A stretch of DNA of 64,000 nucleotides from a virus, in IMG/VR virus record IMGVR_UViG_3300045988_068751; one strand, 5' to 3'. Each line of letters starts with the position of its first letter. The first letter of the stretch is position 1. This document shows positions 9,764 through 18,415 of this stretch, piece by piece. Position numbers and translations under genes: made by a program. The notes under the pieces were generated by a model. It saw only the letters and a program-made list of their open reading frames with translations, did no database searches and was not told the origin of the DNA.

Positions 9764-9961
9764 TTAGTCTTTAGTTTTAACATAAAGTTGGCAATGGCAA
9801 GTCCCTTCTTCCATTTCCCTAAACTCTTTACACACACATACTGTATTTTCATCTCTTACTAAGGAGCATGGGCAGTACTTCTTACCATACTTCTCTTTAT
9901 TCCTTTTAAGTCCTGCTAAGACTGTCTCTTTTATTTCTTTATTATCAGTTACTTTAATCAT
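9764..9961 (-). CDS. small Cys-rich protein with a CPC-x10-CxC-x11-CHC motif (ferredoxin-thioredoxin-reductase catalytic-subunit-like)
   Basis: motif CPCSLVRDENTVCVCKEFREMEEGTCHC. Confidence 0.45.
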   Translation of the reverse strand: MIKVTDNKEIKETVLAGLKRNKEKYGKKYCPCSLVRDENTVCVCKEFREMEEGTCHCQLYVKTKD

Positions 9962-10389
9962 TGCGCTGACGCTGTATACAGTTCTATGTTTAGGTCTATT
10001 TCCCCACCAGTAAATCTAAATACTCTACCAGAATTATTCATTTTGACCCACCTTCCAGATGAAGGGAATGTTACTCCTTCTGCCCAATTCTCAGATTGAG
10101 AATCTACTGCTAATGTAATTTGAGACACTTGCCTAAGTATCATGTATCCCTCAAAACGTATCCAAACAGGTGTATTATATGGGTCTTGGTTAGGAAGTGC
10201 TAGCTTCTCTAAGTAATATTTAAGAGGATTTGCTAAAGTCTTAGTGTACGTTCGTTCTCCTTGCTCTAATCTTGGAGTAATTGTAAAGTAAGTAGTATTA
10301 TCAGAATACTTAAATGGTTCTCCATCCACCGAACTCTGATTAACAAATGAGAAACGTACTCTAAATTGCTGTATATTATTAATTGGCAT
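9958..10389 (-). CDS. hypothetical protein. The frame stays open 61 codons upstream of the called ATG and runs through a C9/G9 tract; likely 3' part of a homopolymer-interrupted gene (see 9958..10604)
   Basis: ORF track; manual translation of 10390-10604. Confidence 0.5.
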   Translation of the reverse strand: MPINNIQQFRVRFSFVNQSSVDGEPFKYSDNTTYFTITPRLEQGERTYTKTLANPLKYYLEKLALPNQDPYNTPVWIRFEGYMILRQVSQITLAVDSQSENWAEGVTFPSSGRWVKMNNSGRVFRFTGGEIDLNIELYTASAQ

Positions 10390-10557
10390 ATCCTGCCAAC
10401 CATAATGAAGGATTACATTTGGAGCAGTTATAGCTGCCTCTATACCTTCTAACTCTACTAACTGATTATCAGTATAACTAAATCCACTTTTAATCTGACA
10501 TCCTAATTCAAGTGCTCTAGCTTTAGTACAGCACTTATTATCAATTACCGAGAGAGT

Positions 10558-10566
10558 CCCCCCCCC
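10558..10566 (-). repeat. C9 on + strand = G9 on the coding (-) strand, in context ctATGGGGGGGGG; interrupts the reading frame
   Basis: seen directly. Confidence 0.9.
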
Positions 10567-10596
10567 ATAGTCTTAGCTTCTAATTCTGTTGCTATT

Positions 10597-10866
10597 TTAC
10601 TCATGGTTCTTGTATCGTTCTGTAATATTAATTAAATCCTTGTTGTCATGCAGTAACTCTAAGAAAGCCTTGTCTACTGCTATATCAAATGCAGTATTAG
10701 CAATGATTGGTTCTTTATGCACTCTCTCAATCTCTTCTCTAATCATTTGTTCAGATAATTGAGTGTATAATCGTTTGTTATAGTCATTATACCAAGGCTC
10801 ATTGAATGTTACTATTATGTCTTTACCTCTCATAAATATATTGTCTTTAGTAATCCAGGTAGGCAA
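10597..10866 (-). CDS. hypothetical protein
   Basis: ORF track; stop overlaps downstream ATG (ATGAGTAA). Confidence 0.5.
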   Translation of the reverse strand: MPTWITKDNIFMRGKDIIVTFNEPWYNDYNKRLYTQLSEQMIREEIERVHKEPIIANTAFDIAVDKAFLELLHDNKDLINITERYKNHE

Positions 10867-10936
10867 TACTTCCAGCCTGGATATATGTATGCATTCCTAT
10901 ACAATGCTTCTTCTACTAATTCTACTTCTTGTGTTA

Positions 10937-11248
10937 TCATTGATTAGCCTTTGCTCTTGCTAAATAGTCTCTAGTTTGCCATCTGCCATCATATTCCATA
11001 TCCCATGGAGCTACCTTATTTAGTATTTGTAGTAGCTCCTCACCACTTATAGAGTCTCTATGTTTGAGTGTATGAAGTATTTCATCCTTAAGGTTTCTAA
11101 TATAGAAGTCTCTCATATGTATGTTAGCATATAATTCCTTTATATAATCCCTCATATACTCTGCTAATTCATAGTCATTAGTCTCTAATAATTCTAGAGC
11201 TCTCTGGTCTACATTATCATAATCACCTGGTATTTGTTCTAGTTTCAT
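10937..11248 (-). CDS. hypothetical protein
   Basis: ORF track. Confidence 0.5.
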   Translation of the reverse strand: MKLEQIPGDYDNVDQRALELLETNDYELAEYMRDYIKELYANIHMRDFYIRNLKDEILHTLKHRDSISGEELLQILNKVAPWDMEYDGRWQTRDYLARAKANQ

Positions 11249-11619
11249 TGAAGTTTCTCTAAGTTCTTTACTATCGTGAATAGCTCATCTGGTTCGAATG
11301 ATGTGATATCATTAATAACATCAACCATATACTCTTTAACTTCATCTAGAGTCATTATTTTAAATTCATCCTTAGATAGGCCTTTAGTTTTAATGAATTT
11401 ACTAAATATGTCTATAATCTGGACTAAGTTGTGCTTATCTTGTAAATAGAACTCACCCTTCTCTGGATGAGATGCTAATTTAAATATATCTGCATTGTCT
11501 GTAATTACTTGTTCATATTCCTCATCACTAAGAAGATTCATTAACGCTACAGCTTTATCATATAGCAATTTAACTTCCTTCTCTTCATACTGCTTATTAA
11601 TTCTATCAATATGTCTCAT
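11245..11619 (-). CDS. hypothetical protein
   Basis: ORF track; ATGA overlap with the upstream gene. Confidence 0.5.
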   Translation of the reverse strand: MRHIDRINKQYEEKEVKLLYDKAVALMNLLSDEEYEQVITDNADIFKLASHPEKGEFYLQDKHNLVQIIDIFSKFIKTKGLSKDEFKIMTLDEVKEYMVDVINDITSFEPDELFTIVKNLEKLQ

Positions 11620-11621
11620 TA

Positions 11622-11876
11622 TTAGCGAATGTTATTATAAATGCAAGATAGTTGCATTAAATATTCAATACCAGCTCCATTAGCTAGTCCGTCTTGCAAT
11701 TTATTTAATAATTCTAATTTTACATCTGTTGTTTTATTGTCTAACTTCACCCAGTTAGTTGCCTTTGATTCATTACATCCTAAATCAGTATTTACTGGAC
11801 ATTCTGACAAACTAGTCTTTAATATTTTTACTTCATCTACTTCTTTACTTGTTAAGTCTTTAACTTCTTTAGCCAT
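11622..11876 (-). CDS. hypothetical protein (first gene of - strand block)
   Basis: ORF track. Confidence 0.45.
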   Translation of the reverse strand: MAKEVKDLTSKEVDEVKILKTSLSECPVNTDLGCNESKATNWVKLDNKTTDVKLELLNKLQDGLANGAGIEYLMQLSCIYNNIR

Positions 11877-11973
11877 TGTTATAAATTTTAGTTATTGTTA
11901 ATAATTCTGATTTAAGTTCGCAAATATATTATTATTTAATTTGACAATACAAAATTAGTTATATATTTCAATA

Positions 11974-11987
11974 TTACCAAATGGTAA
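11974..11987. promoter_or_regulatory. perfect dyad TTACCAA|ATGGTAA (operator-like palindrome) in the divergent control region
   Basis: seen directly. Confidence 0.3.
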
Positions 11988-12008
11988 TATAATTATTAAT
12001 ATATATTA

Positions 12009-12222
12009 TATATTGCCAACTCAAATTCACAGTTAATATTAAGTATATTGCCAACTCGGAACTTCATGACGTGCTGTGGCAATCTGCGCCCCTTCGGGGC
12101 TTGCTTGCAATTAGTAAGATGAATAGAAATTAATATATATTGCCAACTCACAAGTACGGGTGCTCAAAATCACACCCCCTCCCACTCCCGGGGTGGGTTG
12201 TCATATTATATATTGCCAACTC
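12009..12222. repeat. four direct copies of the 14-bp iteron TATATTGCCAACTC (12009, 12044, 12136, 12209), interspersed with GC-rich hairpins (gcccc-ttcg-ggggc; cccactcccggggtggg; cccctcac x2). Candidate replication origin or divergent promoter hub
   Basis: exact repeats read in sequence; 650-bp ORF-free region between divergent gene blocks. Confidence 0.6.
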
Positions 12223-12530
12223 GGATGCTGGGTGAATATTGCAAGATTTGTGTATATTGCGGATACGACAGTCGTGTTACCCCTCACACCCCTCACCCAT
12301 GTTTGGAGAAAATCAAAAGATTTATATCATTTGGTTTTGCTTTATAATATTCATTTTAAAATTATTAGCTTATGTACACTATTTTATCAAACGGTTTAGT
12401 TCGTGTTAATCTTACAGGTTGTTATATCACAATGTCAGAATATAAAGAACTAATTGCAAGCGTATAAAATTAAATTAAGAACGGGTAAATAAGTCCGTTC
12501 TATATTGTTTCACTAATAAATTATTAAACT

Positions 12531-13013
12531 ATGAATTTAGCAGAATTACAAGAAGTTAACAAGAAGTTACCGAAAGCAAGCAAGAACGAAATTGCAGCAG
12601 CTTTAAACCGTTTGGGTGTTAATCCTGATTCTATCAAGGTAGGCGACAAATTGAAATTTCCCGCTGAAATTAACGAATTCAACGGAACTATTACAAAGGG
12701 CGTTGTAAATGGTAATACGTTCTTTCAAGTTGCCGTTGAGGTTAACGGAGTGGCAAGAAACGTATCTATAAACTCTTTGTTCCGGTCTTTCAACGACCGT
12801 GAAAACAACAAGCGTATTACACCGGTTGACATTCTCCCAGAGGCGGACAAAGACAAATGTATTTTCAATATGTTTGAAAATAAGACAATAGCGGAATGTC
12901 TTGCAGATTTACAAGGTACGGAAGTAACCGCAAAGGCGATAGAATCGTTTGAAAGCGTCGCAAGGGACGGCTCACAAATGAACGTCAATGTTATTGCTTA
13001 CTGCAAAGAATAA
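12531..13013 (+). CDS. hypothetical protein (160 aa), first gene of + strand early block
   Basis: ORF track. Confidence 0.55.
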   Translation: MNLAELQEVNKKLPKASKNEIAAALNRLGVNPDSIKVGDKLKFPAEINEFNGTITKGVVNGNTFFQVAVEVNGVARNVSINSLFRSFNDRENNKRITPVDILPEADKDKCIFNMFENKTIAECLADLQGTEVTAKAIESFESVARDGSQMNVNVIAYCKE

Positions 13014-13120
13014 TAAAGTACTTCTTATTGAAAGGCACATTTAGAAAGTCTATTTGTGTCTTTCTTTTTATCATGCTTATTCAGATATATTTGTTAGTAT
13101 GTAGTTAGCCGAATAGTGAA

Positions 13121-13318
13121 ATGAAAGCGAAGAAATCAAAATTAAGAACTGTATTTGGACGTAATCGGAACGATGCAATTCATGCAAATAATGGTATAAT
13201 GTATAAACTGACAAATCCTCTGTTTGAGGAAGCAGTAGGCTATTATTTGCTTGAACAAATCTCCACTTGGAGTGGGACGAGATATAAAGTACTAAAGTAC
13301 GTAGTTCAGACCGTTTGA
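13121..13318 (+). CDS. hypothetical small protein
   Basis: ORF track. Confidence 0.4.
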   Translation: MKAKKSKLRTVFGRNRNDAIHANNGIMYKLTNPLFEEAVGYYLLEQISTWSGTRYKVLKYVVQTV

Positions 13319-13447
13319 ATGTGTAAAATGAATATTATTAAGAGTATGTAGGTCTGTGATAGATATACATACTCACCTTTTATTTGAGTTGACAATAATA
13401 CTATATATTTATGGACTACATCGAAGACGATTTCACAGATGCTCTGA

Positions 13448-13666
13448 TTGACGCAATTTGTGGAGAAGATTCAAGTAATAACGATTAAAAACTTTACAAC
13501 AATGGCAGTAACAAAATACGTTATAACTAACAATCTTTCTGTATTATACAATACTAGGGAGGAAGCAGAAGCTGCATTTGAAGCAGAAGTAGCAAAGTTG
13601 GAAACAGCATTTGCAAGAGGTGCTTTTAAGAGTCTGTACACAGTAGCACCTTTCATAGTAAAATAA
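13448..13666 (+). CDS. hypothetical small protein
   Basis: ORF track; an overlapping minus-strand ORF is judged spurious. Confidence 0.35.
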   Translation: MTQFVEKIQVITIKNFTTMAVTKYVITNNLSVLYNTREEAEAAFEAEVAKLETAFARGAFKSLYTVAPFIVK

Positions 13667-13674
13667 CAATTAAA

Positions 13675-13695
13675 ACCTCATGGTGTACAGGTTAA
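13675..13695 (+). promoter_or_regulatory. conserved promoter-like motif copy 1 (ACCTCATGGTGTACAGGTTAA), 3 nt before ATG 13698
   Basis: 5-member motif family, see findings. Confidence 0.45.
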
Positions 13696-13697
13696 CC

Positions 13698-13997
13698 ATG
13701 CGCACATTTATGGTATTCGAATACATTCATCCAAGCGGAATTAAACTACGTCCGGCTAGACCTTTAACTAACAGCATATTATACATTTACAATCCAATCG
13801 GCAATGAGTGGATGCATTTGTGTAAAGAGGACATACATGGACATTTAGAGCTGTTAACATACTTCAGTAATGGCGCTACTATGTATCAAGTGATTGAAGG
13901 TCTTAAGAAGGTAGTAGAGTATTGGGGAGATGACTATCTCGTAGGTCGTAGAGACTTTTACAAAGAGATTATAGACATCTATTCCTCACACCGATAA
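13698..13997 (+). CDS. hypothetical protein (start moved to the ATG after the motif; ORF track 13680)
   Basis: ORF track; motif position. Confidence 0.5.
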   Translation: MRTFMVFEYIHPSGIKLRPARPLTNSILYIYNPIGNEWMHLCKEDIHGHLELLTYFSNGATMYQVIEGLKKVVEYWGDDYLVGRRDFYKEIIDIYSSHR

Positions 13998-14237
13998 CAT
14001 CACAGGGTTTAGCTCTTCTAAGTAGTTGCAAATGCTTAGAATCCTTTACATGCAAAACGGACATAATGCATGTATTGCCCAAATTAAGACGTTCCTGTTT
14101 CACGCGTTAAAGCAGGAGTCCATTATGGTTGTTTTAATTACATTAATCTTTAAGTTTTAAACAGCGTCCTACATTGTTTGTGGGTTTTGGTATGGCTCCT
14201 CTGCCAAGTAATGCGTACAAAGAGCCACTAATCAAAA

Positions 14238-14258
14238 ACCTCACACTGAATAGGTAAA
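14238..14258 (+). promoter_or_regulatory. conserved promoter-like motif copy 2 (ACCTCACACTGAATAGGTAAA)
   Basis: motif family. Confidence 0.45.
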
Positions 14259-14270
14259 GTGTACATAGTT

Positions 14271-14558
14271 ATGAGTAAATACGATGATTGTCATAGAGTT
14301 GACAATAGATATACCACAGCTATAGGAATGAGCGTGTGGAGATTCTTTAACATTGGCAAATATAAGAATCAGAAAGTGAAAGACGTCTGTTACTTTAATC
14401 CATTCTATGTAGCATGGTGTCTGGAGAGCTGGCAGGGATTTAGTCTTACTAGCTACGAACGTTCCAATTACATGAAAGGACTGGAACGTCAGTTAGAGAA
14501 AGACCCTGAAGACCAAGAACTCATCTTAAAGGTGAGTAGATATAAAACCATTGTTTGA
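14271..14558 (+). CDS. hypothetical protein (ATG 14271; the ORF track starts at GTG 14259)
   Basis: ORF track. Confidence 0.5.
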   Translation: MSKYDDCHRVDNRYTTAIGMSVWRFFNIGKYKNQKVKDVCYFNPFYVAWCLESWQGFSLTSYERSNYMKGLERQLEKDPEDQELILKVSRYKTIV

Positions 14559-14856
14559 TATTTTTACAGAAATGATATAATCTTCCACCATAATGGGTAC
14601 GCCCGGAGACTAATGCAGAGCATCTCTTATACCAAACAGTATCTTCCTTTAATACTGGAGAGATGTCTTATCGTGAGATAAGGCAAAGGAGTGTGGCACA
14701 GGAAGGTGGATTCCTTTACTTGTAATAATATTTTTGTTCGTTTTATTACAGCATATCCTCCCGTGACGGGAGTGGCATCATGACTAAGCCTTTACGTGGC
14801 GATGCTATAAGTAAGTCAATAGACTGAAACTAATTAGTCATAATTAACCATTAAAG

Positions 14857-14877
14857 ACCTCACAACGTATAGGTAAG
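14857..14877 (+). promoter_or_regulatory. conserved promoter-like motif copy 3 (ACCTCACAACGTATAGGTAAG)
   Basis: motif family. Confidence 0.45.
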
Positions 14878-14889
14878 TTGTAGTAAATC

Positions 14890-15180
14890 ATGAAACAGTA
14901 TTTTTATTTAGTGACTAAATTAGTAAATGGAGAACTGACTCCACTTAGAATCTTTTTGCAATATAAGCTAGCCATTAGATTTGGAAGAAATTACGCAACT
15001 AAACACCCATATGCTTTAGTAGGTTTACACAAACAAGTAATATCTAACAGTGCAGACATTACTTGGATATGTAATCTATATCCTTGGAATCAGGTAGAAC
15101 CAGACATGATTGAAGCGGAAGAGGAGGTAATGCTTGATATCCTTGCTGATAACAACATGCTTATTGACCGTAAATCTTGA
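14890..15180 (+). CDS. hypothetical protein
   Basis: ORF track. Confidence 0.5.
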   Translation: MKQYFYLVTKLVNGELTPLRIFLQYKLAIRFGRNYATKHPYALVGLHKQVISNSADITWICNLYPWNQVEPDMIEAEEEVMLDILADNNMLIDRKS

Positions 15181-15211
15181 TTACATCATTAATAATTAAC
15201 GTTTCACTAAA

Positions 15212-15232
15212 ACCTTGCATTGTATAGGTAAA
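15212..15232 (+). promoter_or_regulatory. conserved promoter-like motif copy 4 (ACCTTGCATTGTATAGGTAAA)
   Basis: motif family. Confidence 0.45.
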
Positions 15233-15236
15233 ATGC

Positions 15237-16064
15237 ATGAAGATTATGGAATTATCACTTGTTAACAAACTGAAACAATTACCAATCGAACCGACTTACG
15301 TGGTTACAGAGAAGAATGCCGACATATTGAACGGCCTTCATCTTCTTGAGACAAACAGGGAAATTAAGTCTAACAAGGTAAACGACCTAGTTAAGGCTAT
15401 TCAAGAAGGGCTCTTCATTCCTCCTATCATTGTGTCTGCTGGAACATTCACTGTCATCGAAGGTGCTCACAGAACATCTGCATATAGAGAATGCTTGCGC
15501 AGAGGTATTCCCTTTACTATGAAGTTGTACTTGGTAAAGGATGTTGAAGCAACCGAAACGTGTATGCTTATCAATAACACACAGAAGAGTTGGAAGGCAA
15601 ATGACAGACTCATATCATATGTCAAGCAAAAGAAGAGCTCATACATAATACTGAAATCCTTCATGGAGAAGCATTCTAAGTATTTCATGAAAGGTACAAT
15701 GTATAACGTGACGGCAGCTCTAGCACTTCTAAGTCCTCTATCTTCTAATAATGCTGAAGCTGCATTCAGAGACGGCACCTTGGTTATTACGGAAGAAATG
15801 GTGAAGAAAGCTATGCCTACGCTTAATCAACTGAAACTTATTGGCGAAATCCTTGGTGCTAGAAGAGGTACAGGAGAGGCTGACTTGTCTCCGTTTAGGA
15901 GATATAGAATCAAGGATTGGATACGAGCCAGAGATATTATGAATATTTCTGTAGACCAGTTCATGAATCGGTTGAAGCGTAGAGTCGATTCCGGTAGGTG
16001 GGAAGAACCTTCAGAAAAGAATTGGTTCAATTCTTACATAGAAGTGGCATCGTTAAAACGCTAA
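15237..16064 (+). CDS. ParB-like nuclease-domain protein
   Basis: motif IIVSAGTFTVIEGAHRTSAY resembles the ParB/Srx-fold GxxRxxA box. Confidence 0.5.
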   Translation: MKIMELSLVNKLKQLPIEPTYVVTEKNADILNGLHLLETNREIKSNKVNDLVKAIQEGLFIPPIIVSAGTFTVIEGAHRTSAYRECLRRGIPFTMKLYLVKDVEATETCMLINNTQKSWKANDRLISYVKQKKSSYIILKSFMEKHSKYFMKGTMYNVTAALALLSPLSSNNAEAAFRDGTLVITEEMVKKAMPTLNQLKLIGEILGARRGTGEADLSPFRRYRIKDWIRARDIMNISVDQFMNRLKRRVDSGRWEEPSEKNWFNSYIEVASLKR

Positions 16065-16091
16065 GGAGTATTACATTTCCATATTTTTAGA

Positions 16092-16112
16092 ACCTGGCAG
16101 TGAGTAGGTTAA
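16092..16112 (+). promoter_or_regulatory. conserved promoter-like motif copy 5 (ACCTGGCAGTGAGTAGGTTAA)
   Basis: motif family. Confidence 0.4.
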
Positions 16113-16126
16113 CTGCCAACTTATCT

Positions 16127-16639
16127 ATGACTAATGAATTAGCAGAGGAATATAGAGAGCTTAAACGTAACTTAATACCCATATTGTTACAGACATGTGG
16201 TAAAGAGCGTTTATGTGATGCTGTAGACAAATGGTTATTAGTAAAATCCGGTATCAAAGTAATATCTAAATCATGGTATGAAGGTGGATTGCCTGGTAAA
16301 GAGTATGTGGTAATTAAGGATACTTCAGTACTTGCCAGCTATCCCTCTAAAGGTGCTAATTATGAACATCGTCTTGCGAGGTATAGAGCCTACACTAAGG
16401 CATTTAACCATGTAAGAGAAGAAGGAATACCTTTGGCTCCTATACAGGTTGATAAATTTACCAAAGTACTTGTCAATGGAATAACATTATGCCTTATAGG
16501 AACTTTCGAAGGTAAATCAGAGAATGATTTTATCAAAGAGATATCTGGTAAGGTTTATGTAAAGGCAGGTACTGATTCGGTAGATGTTATTGACCTGCAA
16601 ACTAGAAGAACTAAAAGATATAAAGTTCAGTACACATGA
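16127..16639 (+). CDS. hypothetical protein (ATG 16127; the ORF track starts at GTG 16100 inside the motif)
   Basis: ORF track. Confidence 0.5.
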   Translation: MTNELAEEYRELKRNLIPILLQTCGKERLCDAVDKWLLVKSGIKVISKSWYEGGLPGKEYVVIKDTSVLASYPSKGANYEHRLARYRAYTKAFNHVREEGIPLAPIQVDKFTKVLVNGITLCLIGTFEGKSENDFIKEISGKVYVKAGTDSVDVIDLQTRRTKRYKVQYT

Positions 16640-16980
16640 AACTATATTTTAACTATACACAGAACTTCATCCTCGCAGATTGTGAGGGTGAGGTTATTGA
16701 TATGAGAACTGGTCAGCCCTCTGATGCCAAACTACAATCTCGCCTTAATAGTTACAAAGATGAAACTACATCTAAGTGGATTCCTATTAAGGACTTAGGA
16801 GATTTGTATGATATGTCAGATAGTGATGTGACAGTTTCTGGCAGCTTAATCACGATGTCCATTGACGGACATAAGGTTACAGCTAGACATAAGGTGTCAG
16901 CAGGAGTTAATTATGTACAACTGACTGGACACTTCCCTCGCTACTTCTGGAAAGGATTTGCTAACTTATTAACTAAGTAA
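16636..16980 (+). CDS. hypothetical protein
   Basis: ORF track; ATGA overlap. Confidence 0.5.
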   Translation: MKLYFNYTQNFILADCEGEVIDMRTGQPSDAKLQSRLNSYKDETTSKWIPIKDLGDLYDMSDSDVTVSGSLITMSIDGHKVTARHKVSAGVNYVQLTGHFPRYFWKGFANLLTK

Positions 16981-16982
16981 CA

Positions 16983-17216
16983 ATGTTATCGCAGATACAA
17001 TTTAGGAAACAGAGAATACCATGTACTCTCAATCATCAATCTATTACTTCTCGTGAAGGTAAGTTGCTTCTTGGGTTTGGAACTAACCAGCCCATGATGC
17101 AGCAAGCCGAAAGACAAATTGCTAAACATCAGGTTCCTTATGAGACATCTGATTTAAATGGCATGCTTTCAATCATTATTGATTATTCTATTATCAGCAG
17201 TGTAACAACAATCTAA
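16983..17216 (+). CDS. hypothetical small protein
   Basis: ORF track. Confidence 0.4.
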   Translation: MLSQIQFRKQRIPCTLNHQSITSREGKLLLGFGTNQPMMQQAERQIAKHQVPYETSDLNGMLSIIIDYSIISSVTTI

Positions 17217-17226
17217 CCTTTAAACA

Positions 17227-17469
17227 ATGGATATAAAGAACAGCCCTATAGTTAAACATGCAATTAACAATGACAAATCTCTTCTTCCCGGAATCATCGC
17301 TTACAGCTGCAAAGAAGCTATAGTAATCGCTAAGAGAGAATGCGGTGATTTTATAGACTTCGCCAAGGAGTGGATACAGTCCTCCAAACAGCTTTGCGAA
17401 GAAGAGAACATTCCATGGGAACAGATTAGGACAGCAACTGGAGATTCTATTGATAATTATATATCATAA
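17227..17469 (+). CDS. hypothetical small protein
   Basis: ORF track. Confidence 0.45.
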   Translation: MDIKNSPIVKHAINNDKSLLPGIIAYSCKEAIVIAKRECGDFIDFAKEWIQSSKQLCEEENIPWEQIRTATGDSIDNYIS

Positions 17470-17485
17470 TCTCCTTTCCGTCTAA

Positions 17486-17561
17486 AAGAGAGTCTGATGA
17501 GTCGTTGAAAATTACGACGAAACTTCACTGTGATTTGGCACGTCACGGTGGAGTCACTCTT
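17486..17561 (+). ncRNA. hammerhead self-cleaving ribozyme, type I (open stem I). Core CUGAUGA 17494-17500; stem II gucg/cgac with G10.1-C11.1; GAAA 17519-17522; stem III 7 bp; cleavage after GUC at 17555
   Basis: all conserved core nucleotides and three helices read directly from the sequence. Confidence 0.8.
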
Positions 17562-17578
17562 AACCAATATTAGTAATT

Positions 17579-17740
17579 ATGAAACTCACTAAGAATAAGA
17601 AAGACAATATAATAATTAGTTCTGCCATTGGAGCATTAGTAATTATTAATATCATGTTGCCTACAGCTGGCGATTTCACATATGTAGTCGGAGCTATAGG
17701 TATTGTTGCGGCCATAGGAGTCTGGTTCTTACCAGACTAA
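17579..17740 (+). CDS. small hydrophobic membrane protein (53 aa, MKLTKNKKDNIIISSAIGALVIINIMLPTAGDFTYVVGAIGIVAAIGVWFLPD)
   Basis: manual ORF (<60 aa, not in the track). Confidence 0.35.
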   Translation: MKLTKNKKDNIIISSAIGALVIINIMLPTAGDFTYVVGAIGIVAAIGVWFLPD

Positions 17741-17781
17741 TCAAATAATTAATAAATCAAACTCTTTAAATTTAGAAGGAA

Positions 17782-18405
17782 ATGAAGAAATTACAAGAAC
17801 GCCTGAAAGCTGGTATTGATTTCAATCCAAAGAAAGACCCATGCTATGATTCTATCGTAGAAGAAGCTGAAACTATTCTTGGGCATGTACTTGATGCCGC
17901 TGAAGGCAAAGAAGTTCCTTACAAGAACTTCACTGTTGGTGGTGGTTATGACGAAAGGAAAGACCGTGAAATCGTCATTGTTCGTGGTGACGGTGAAGAC
18001 TTGCTCGTTATGGAAGTTAAGGACGAATCTATCCGTGTCCAACCTCATGAACGTCATGCTGTCACTCTGAATGAGGATGACGAAGCTTCTGCCCGTGAAA
18101 TCTTTGACATTCTTATGAAAATGAGAGACCAGAAACAAGGCTCTACATTTAAAGTCGAAGAAGGCAAAAAAGCTTTGTTTGAGTTTCTGAAGGATATATC
18201 TAAGGCTATCGGTGCTGATGTTGAAGGTGTTGAAACGCCAGAAGAGCTATTAAAAGCTCTCAAGGCTAGAGAAGAAGGCAATGAAGGAGCCATAGAAGAT
18301 TTGATGCGTGAACAACGCATTCATCTTACTATGCACATGCTTGACTGTTCCCGTGAGAAGGCAGAGAAGATTGTAAAGAACTTTGAAGAAGCTGTGAAGC
18401 GTTAA
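17782..18405 (+). CDS. hypothetical acidic protein (207 aa)
   Basis: ORF track. Confidence 0.55.
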   Translation: MKKLQERLKAGIDFNPKKDPCYDSIVEEAETILGHVLDAAEGKEVPYKNFTVGGGYDERKDREIVIVRGDGEDLLVMEVKDESIRVQPHERHAVTLNEDDEASAREIFDILMKMRDQKQGSTFKVEEGKKALFEFLKDISKAIGADVEGVETPEELLKALKAREEGNEGAIEDLMREQRIHLTMHMLDCSREKAEKIVKNFEEAVKR

Positions 18406-18415
18406 TAATGCCAAG

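Larger units (their letters stand above)
9958..10604 (-). pseudogene. candidate phase-variable / frameshift-dependent gene. The ATG at 10604 is translationally coupled to the upstream gene (ATGAGTAA). It reads M-S-K-I-A-T-E-L-E-A-K-T-M-G-G-G then is out of frame with G9, and would fuse to 9958..10389 (~215 aa) with G10 or a -1 slip
   Basis: manual translation; C9 at 10558-10566 on + strand. Confidence 0.45.

Noticed and set aside
12024-12039. 16-nt exact repeat AATTCACAGTTAATAT also present at 23652-23667 (upstream of tRNA-Tyr)
   Set aside because: A single exact 16-mer pair is within chance expectation for 64 kb of AT-rich DNA. No further copies and no conserved flanks.
12160-12399. ORF-track CDS of 79 aa
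   Set aside because: Lies in the iteron/hairpin control region and its product is GC-hairpin-derived (PPTPGVGCH...); no gene context.
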